From: an uncultured delta proteobacterium
GTDB lineage: Bacteria > Desulfobacterota > Desulfuromonadia > Desulfuromonadales > BM103
Direction: 5' to 3'
NCBI GenBank assembly: GCA_963825575.1
Contig: CAWGUB010000018.1
Span: 179,419-243,418 of the forward strand
DNA length: 64,000 nt
Shown: positions 57,391 through 64,000 of the stretch, piece by piece
Layout of the letters: every line of letters starts with the position of its first letter
Numbering within the stretch: position 1 is the first letter of the stretch
Notes under the pieces: generated by a model
Database searches by the model: none
What the model was told of the DNA's origin: nothing
The model's input: the letters and a program-made list of their open reading frames with translations, nothing else
Program-made: the position numbers and the translations under genes

Positions 57391-58977
57391 ATGATGAAGG
57401 TACTGGTTTCTGATAAATTCCCCACTGAAGGACTCCACGTGCTGGAACAGGCCGAAGGTGTCGAGCTGGATTATCAACCAGGCCTGTCCACTGAGCAGCT
57501 GCTGAAAGCGGTGGCCGATGCCGATGCGCTGATTGTCCGCAGCGGCACCCTGGTCACAGAAGAGGTCTTTCAGGCGGCCACATGCCTCAAGGTCGTCGGT
57601 CGCGCCGGCGTCGGCACCAGCAACCTCGACCTCGATGCGGCGAACCGCAAGGGCGTCGTCATCATGCATACCCCCTTCGGCAGCACAACCACGACTGCCG
57701 AGCACACGATAGCGATGATTTTCTCCCTGGCCAGACAGATCCCTAGAGCCAGCCAATCGACCAAAAGCGGTCACTGGAATGCGGAGGACTTTCTCGGCAT
57801 CGAAGTAGCCGGCAAGACCCTTGGAGTCATGGGCGCAGGTAAAATTGGTCGGCTGGTCATTGAACGGGCCCTCGCCTTGAAAATGAAACCGATTGTCTAC
57901 GACCCCTACCTGACCGAAGACACATTGCGCCTGCTGGGAGCCGAGCAGGTTGAATTTGATGAGTTGCTGAGCCGCTCCGACTTTTTGACCCTGCACACAC
58001 CACGCAACGCCGAAACCGCCAATATCCTGAACCGGGAAACCTTGGCGAAAGCCAAGCCTGGATGCCATATCATCAACTGTGCAACGGGCGGGCTGATCGA
58101 TGAGCTTGCCCTGGCTGAAGCGATACGCGGAGGACACATTGCGGGTGCGGCGATTGACGTCTTTGATAAAGAGCCCCCGGCAAAAGACAACCCGCTCCTC
58201 GGGCTCGATCAGGTCATCTGCACTCCTCACCTGCGCACGGCCACCCGTGACGCCCAGGTGAACGTGACAGTACAGATTGCCAACCAGGTTGTGGAGTTTC
58301 TGCAGCGTGGCATTATCGTCAATGCAGTGAATGTTCCCTCGATCAGCGCGGACCTGCTGGCCACGCTACGACCACATCTGGAGCTGGCCGAACGCCTTGG
58401 TTCATTCCAGGCCCAGCTCTACGGCAAAGGCCTCGAGGAGGTTCGTCTGGAGTATGCCGGAACCGTCACCAACAACCCGACCGAACCATTAACCATGGCG
58501 GCGCTAAAAGGCCTTCTGGAGCCGATGATCGGCCCTGAGGCCAACTATATCAACGCTCCTCACCTGGCCAGGGAGCGCCGTATCCGGGTAACGGAAACCC
58601 GCAGCCAGTCGGGCCGCGGGTTCTCCAGCATGATTCGCCTGACAGTTGTCGGTACGGATGGAGAACATGCAGTATGTGGCGCGATGTTCGGCGAAGGGGA
58701 TTACCGCATTGTCCGCGTTAACGGCTGCAATGTTGAAGCTATACCCAGGGGCCATCTGCTGGTGTTGTTCAACGAGGACCGCCCCGGCATCATCGGCTTT
58801 ATCGGACAAGTGCTTGGCGACGCGGAAATCAACATTGCCGGCATGAACCTGACACGACAATCAACCGACGGGAAAGCGGTCTCCCTGATCAATGTTGATA
58901 GTTGCATTCCTGACGAAACTCTGGAAAAATTGCGTGCCCACCCCCACATCGTGGCAGCAAACCAGATCGTATTATAG
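57391..58977 (+). CDS. divergent long-form SerA-like D-2-hydroxyacid dehydrogenase (ASB + ACT domains) lacking the conserved catalytic Arg
   Basis: Start is MMKVLVSDKF within ORF 57304-58977. GAGKIGR is present. NCATGG replaces the N-x-[AS]-R-G motif, with Thr codon ACG at 58084-58086. HLRTATRDAQ replaces HLGA[SN]TxEAQ. Confidence 0.75.
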   Translation: MMKVLVSDKFPTEGLHVLEQAEGVELDYQPGLSTEQLLKAVADADALIVRSGTLVTEEVFQAATCLKVVGRAGVGTSNLDLDAANRKGVVIMHTPFGSTTTTAEHTIAMIFSLARQIPRASQSTKSGHWNAEDFLGIEVAGKTLGVMGAGKIGRLVIERALALKMKPIVYDPYLTEDTLRLLGAEQVEFDELLSRSDFLTLHTPRNAETANILNRETLAKAKPGCHIINCATGGLIDELALAEAIRGGHIAGAAIDVFDKEPPAKDNPLLGLDQVICTPHLRTATRDAQVNVTVQIANQVVEFLQRGIIVNAVNVPSISADLLATLRPHLELAERLGSFQAQLYGKGLEEVRLEYAGTVTNNPTEPLTMAALKGLLEPMIGPEANYINAPHLARERRIRVTETRSQSGRGFSSMIRLTVVGTDGEHAVCGAMFGEGDYRIVRVNGCNVEAIPRGHLLVLFNEDRPGIIGFIGQVLGDAEINIAGMNLTRQSTDGKAVSLINVDSCIPDETLEKLRAHPHIVAANQIVL

Positions 58978-58989
58978 AAAGACTCGATT

Positions 58990-60267
58990 GTGTCGAACAT
59001 CATAGAAACCCGCCTGCCTACCGGTATGAAAGATTTCCTACCGGTTAAAGCAGCCAAGCTTGACTATCTGCAAAACAGCCTGCGCAGCATCTACCGCTCC
59101 TGGGGCTTTCGCCCTGTGGCACCGGCCATTCTGGAGGATCTCTCGGTCCTCGAACTCGGGCTGGGAGCCGACCTGCGGGAAAAGACCTTTCGTTTCGACG
59201 ACCGTCAGACCGGACGCCTGGTCGCTTTCCCGCCCGACATCACTCCCCAGGTCGCGCGGATTGCCGCAACCCGCATGCGTGACATGCCGCTCCCTTTCCG
59301 CCTCTGCTATAACGGCTGCGTGCTGCGCCATACTGAGCAACAGCTCGGCAAGGATCGGCAGATCTATCAATCCGGGGTGGAACTGATCGGCCTGAGCGGT
59401 CCCGAAGCCGACGCTGAAATGATCGCCATGGCGGTCAAATGTCTGCAGGCCGTCGGCGCGACCGAGTTCACCATCGACATCGGCCAGGTTGAATTTCTGC
59501 GCGGCATCCTCGACGACCTGCCGCTCGATTCGACACAATCCCGTGAGGTCAGAACGGCCATCGCCGCCAAGGACGTCTCCGGCCTGCAGCGGAGGCTCAA
59601 AGACCTGCCGCTGACCGACCAGCAGCGCGCCGAACTGCTTGCCCTGCCCAGGCTTTACGGCGGCCGCGAGACCCTTGTTCAGGCTCGGCGGGTAATCACC
59701 AATCCCGCATCACAGCAGGCTTTGGATAACCTGGAAAGAATCCTGGAAGTCCTCACGGTTTACGGCGTCGAGGAGCACATTACTTTAGACCTTGGTGAAA
59801 TGCGCGGTTTCGATTACCATAGCGGGCTGATATTCCAGGGCTTCATGTCCGGCTTCGGCAGGGCGGTCTGCGCCGGCGGCCGTTATGACGGTCTGACCGA
59901 GCGATACGGATTCGCAGCTCCGGCTACCGGTTTTGCCTTTAACCTGTACAACCTGCTCTTCGCCCTCGACAGCGTTCTCGACGAGCGCGCCGAAGAGGGG
60001 ACCGACATCCTGCTCTTCTCGTCAGGATCGGACAAGGCCCCGGCCCAGCGCCTGGCCGCAGCCCTGCGAGAACAGGGGTACTCGGTGGCCCGTGACATTA
60101 TCGGGCGCGACCAGGCGGCCAGCCTCGACTACGCCCGGCGCATGCATTACCGTTACCTGCTGGTCATTGACTCGGCACAAGCAGAACTGATTCTGATCCG
60201 CACTGCGGACGGTGAAAATACCTGCGTGACACGCGCAGCGATCGAATCCGGGCAATTCCGGATTTAG
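58990..60267 (+). CDS. hisZ: ATP phosphoribosyltransferase regulatory subunit (HisRS paralogue)
   Basis: 425 aa with a GTG start. It has LPTGMKDFLP and a class-II aaRS-like core, and shows the hisZ-purA adjacency typical of proteobacteria. A true HisS is not formally excluded. Confidence 0.75.
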   Translation: MSNIIETRLPTGMKDFLPVKAAKLDYLQNSLRSIYRSWGFRPVAPAILEDLSVLELGLGADLREKTFRFDDRQTGRLVAFPPDITPQVARIAATRMRDMPLPFRLCYNGCVLRHTEQQLGKDRQIYQSGVELIGLSGPEADAEMIAMAVKCLQAVGATEFTIDIGQVEFLRGILDDLPLDSTQSREVRTAIAAKDVSGLQRRLKDLPLTDQQRAELLALPRLYGGRETLVQARRVITNPASQQALDNLERILEVLTVYGVEEHITLDLGEMRGFDYHSGLIFQGFMSGFGRAVCAGGRYDGLTERYGFAAPATGFAFNLYNLLFALDSVLDERAEEGTDILLFSSGSDKAPAQRLAAALREQGYSVARDIIGRDQAASLDYARRMHYRYLLVIDSAQAELILIRTADGENTCVTRAAIESGQFRI

Positions 60268-61566
<1,299 letters not shown>

Positions 61567-61596
61567 TTGTTAGTTAACTAAATTGGCTATTGTCAA

Positions 61597-62269
61597 AGGG
61601 CAACAGATGGTTAATCTGTTGCCCTTAATTTTTTCTTTAAATTCTTAAAAGAAAAACCGGCGGATCGTGCCCACCTGTGCCTTACTTTATTTGTTTGCAA
61701 CGGAAAGATTTTTACGTTGATTCACTAAGCACGATGCAATTAAAGGCCACCGGGTCAAGAAAGCAGTACCGTGAGGCCCCCTGCAACGGGCCGGCTCCCG
61801 TACACAAAAGCTATTACAAATCACAGAAATCATGCCGACGTCTATGCCCAGCGCAGCGCAGGCCCTTTTCTGCTTACTCTTTTAGGCCAGAAAAAGAGTA
61901 AGGCGCCGTCGGGGGGCGCGACCCCCGGGTTCTGGCTTTTGTTTTGTCTTTAGAATTTTGGAGGACAAAAAACAACACCGGCGGGTCGCGTCCCGCCAGA
62001 CGCCATACTTTTGTCCGGCAACAAAAGTATGAAGGGCCTTCTCCTAGCGGAGGGCTATAGACGTTCGCGAAGGGGATATGGCTTTCAGGAACAACAGAGG
62101 AGAAGAGCCGGCCCGTTTACAGGGGGCCTTACCGTAGTGCTGTCAATATGGGGCGGCAAGATCATGCTGATGAGACCAATTGCACCCGCAGGGACAGAAC
62201 TAAAAACCCTTCTTCTTTGCAGTCCAGAAGACAATGAAAAAGGGCAATAGATGAATTATCTGTTGCCCT
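61597..62269 (-). mobile_element. MITE-like repeat locus D: two divergent/truncated cores (about 61635-61953 and 61962-62225) in inverted orientation between one pair of outer hairpins
   Basis: Outer hairpins lie at 61597-61625 and 62241-62269. The internal modules are reverse complements of the copy A-C modules (for example 61863-61900 and 61978-62030). Confidence 0.65.
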
Positions 62270-62324
62270 ACGAAGCATCAAAACGTAGCTGTACTAAACC
62301 ACGGTTTAATTATTAACCACCTCT

Positions 62325-62765
62325 CTACTGCTGTATGAAGTAACCGGCAACCTTCCACTCATCACCTTCGAGCATCACGGTCACATATTCCGAGACTTGG
62401 CCGACCTTCTGGAAATCGGACTCATAGATCAACATGATATATTCACCCTCGGGGCTGTCCATCGCCTCGGTTGAATAGCTTGCGCTTTTCCGGACCCGCT
62501 GGACCAGCTCGCCGGAGAGGTTACGGGCTTTGCCGAGCTTTTCTACCCAGTCATTTTGCGCGATCGTCTCCTGCATCAGACGCGCCGAGGACTGCCAACT
62601 CTCGGCATATTTGCCGCCATCGACCAACATCAGGAACTCCATGCCAATGGGCTCGGCCTGTTCGACCTTCTCACTGTCCGGGCTCTGGTTGTAGAGCGGG
62701 ATCAGAATCATAAACAGGGCGGCAACAATCAGAACAGCGTGAATGCGCAAATGCTTCGGTATCAA
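62325..62765 (-). CDS. DUF4019-like secreted/anchored protein
   Basis: 146 aa with a TTG start and GGAGG 7 nt upstream. It has an N-terminal anchor plus LVDGGKYAESWQSS...WKVAGYFI, the pattern typical of DUF4019. Confidence 0.6.
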   Translation of the reverse strand: MIPKHLRIHAVLIVAALFMILIPLYNQSPDSEKVEQAEPIGMEFLMLVDGGKYAESWQSSARLMQETIAQNDWVEKLGKARNLSGELVQRVRKSASYSTEAMDSPEGEYIMLIYESDFQKVGQVSEYVTVMLEGDEWKVAGYFIQQ

Positions 62766-62870
62766 AACATCCTCCGGTAGACTTGAAATTTCTATCGCTT
62801 TTTACTACGGAAAGGTCAGGAGGTCTAGACATTTTGAAAACCTGACCCGCAGCTTGCATGTCGTTTTGCG

Positions 62871-64000
62871 TTACGCATCCTGCCCGAAGCGACGGAAGGC
62901 TGCCAGCACATCGTTCTGGTTGAGAATGCCGACCAGCTTTTGCGGATCATCCGAATCGACCACCGGGAAATAACTGACATTGCGATGCAGCTGCAGGATT
63001 TTCAGCGCCTCGCGCAAGGGTTGGTCCGGCCGCAGGCAGTAGGATGCCGTTGTCGTCAGATCGCCGGCGACCACCAGCGGCACCAGGGCCGGTTCAAAGA
63101 GCAGGTTACGAATTTCCGTGTAATCGATGACCCCTATAAACTTGTTGTGGTCGTCAACCACCGGGAACCGGTCGTAGCGACTGTGGGCAATATGTTTGAG
63201 CAACGCATAGTAAGGCGTGCTGTGCAAAACAGTATCCACGTTCTGGCGCATGACGTGCCGCACCAGGATATCTCCGGGATCCTTAAGGTCGTGGCCGACC
63301 GGCACGCCAAGAGAGCTGCGGAAGTGATGGACCACGTTGTGCAGTCCCTCCAGGGCTCCCACCGGAGCTTTCTTCTGTAGCAACGCCAGGATCGGCACTT
63401 CACCGGAACGCACCAGCCCGTGCCTTACGGCAAGCGGGCCGACCAGTTCAAAGACGACCACCGCCCCGAGCACGATCGTTTCCAGCAATTTACCGCCGGC
63501 CGGCCAATGGTGCGCCAGTTGACTGGCCAGGCCGATGGCGACGCCCGCCTGAGCCATCAGGGTTAGACCGATGTAGGCCTTCTCCGAATCGCCGAAGGCC
63601 CCGAGGCGAGCACCGATAGCCGCCCCAAGCCACTTGCCGAGGGTGCGAGCGAAAACGTAGGTGACGCCAAGCAGCCCGATGTGCGCCAAAGATTCGATAT
63701 GCAGGTTAGCGCCTGCCAGGACAAAGAAGATCACGTAAAGGAGATAGTCGACCTGGCGGATGTCCTGCTGCAGACGGTTCCAGCGCGAGCAGCTGTTAGC
63801 GAGGACCATCCCAAGAACCAGGCTGGCCAGGAGGGGGTCAATCTCCAGCCCTCGGCAGATAGCCACATTAACGGCAATCCCGCCCAGCATGAGAATCTTG
63901 TTCTCGCTCGGCAGCTCGAGACGCTGGGCCCACACCGACATGAAAAAACCGATGCTGGCGCCGACCACGACTGGACCGGCCATGCGCATCATCAGCACCG
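62871..64000 (-). CDS. cation/proton antiporter-type membrane protein with C-terminal CBS-domain pair (5' end outside window)
   Basis: The reading frame is open to the window edge. It has TM helices followed by two CBS-like repeats (VRHVMRQNVDTV..., FPVVDDHNKFIGVI..., YFPVVDSDDPQKLVGIL). Confidence 0.7.
   Translation of the reverse strand, partial: VLMMRMAGPVVVGASIGFFMSVWAQRLELPSENKILMLGGIAVNVAICRGLEIDPLLASLVLGMVLANSCSRWNRLQQDIRQVDYLLYVIFFVLAGANLHIESLAHIGLLGVTYVFARTLGKWLGAAIGARLGAFGDSEKAYIGLTLMAQAGVAIGLASQLAHHWPAGGKLLETIVLGAVVVFELVGPLAVRHGLVRSGEVPILALLQKKAPVGALEGLHNVVHHFRSSLGVPVGHDLKDPGDILVRHVMRQNVDTVLHSTPYYALLKHIAHSRYDRFPVVDDHNKFIGVIDYTEIRNLLFEPALVPLVVAGDLTTTASYCLRPDQPLREALKILQLHRNVSYFPVVDSDDPQKLVGILNQNDVLAAFRRFGQDA

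Overview
This 64-kb window is mostly minus-strand core metabolism and is moderately GC-rich (not computed). The gene content includes rnfABCDGE directly upstream of a 14-gene nuoA-N operon, futalosine-pathway menaquinone genes in two clusters, three SerA-type dehydrogenases plus serC, hisC, hisZ-purA, mutY, xthA, hemL, pepA, DAHP synthase and a LemA/GIDE pair. That content fits an anaerobic Desulfuromonadales/Geobacter-like deltaproteobacterium, but the taxonomy is inference only. I annotate about 55 CDS, one tRNA-Phe and several terminator and promoter candidates. I saw no rRNA, CRISPR array, integrase, transposase, phage genes or recognisable defence genes, and I did not find convincing evidence for a new multi-gene protein system. 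The unusual content is mainly non-coding. (1) A four-locus family of ~0.5-kb, highly structured, inverted-repeat-bounded MITE-like elements lies in intergenic regions next to housekeeping genes. (2) A candidate Phe/Trp/Tyr-rich leader peptide plus terminator lies in front of the DAHP synthase gene. (3) Families of intergenic palindromes are built from 7-8-nt words (GGAGGCT, GGGGGCT/CCCCCAG, purine/pyrimidine tracts, TAACGCAAAG), several of them filling intercistronic gaps. (4) There are two apparent frameshifts. On the protein side there is a serC/serA/DUF1015-like cluster, a SerA paralogue lacking the conserved catalytic Arg upstream of hisZ, an HndC-like extended NuoF, and an atypical biotin-carboxylase/carboxyltransferase pair. 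All family assignments come from motif recognition by eye; no searches were run.
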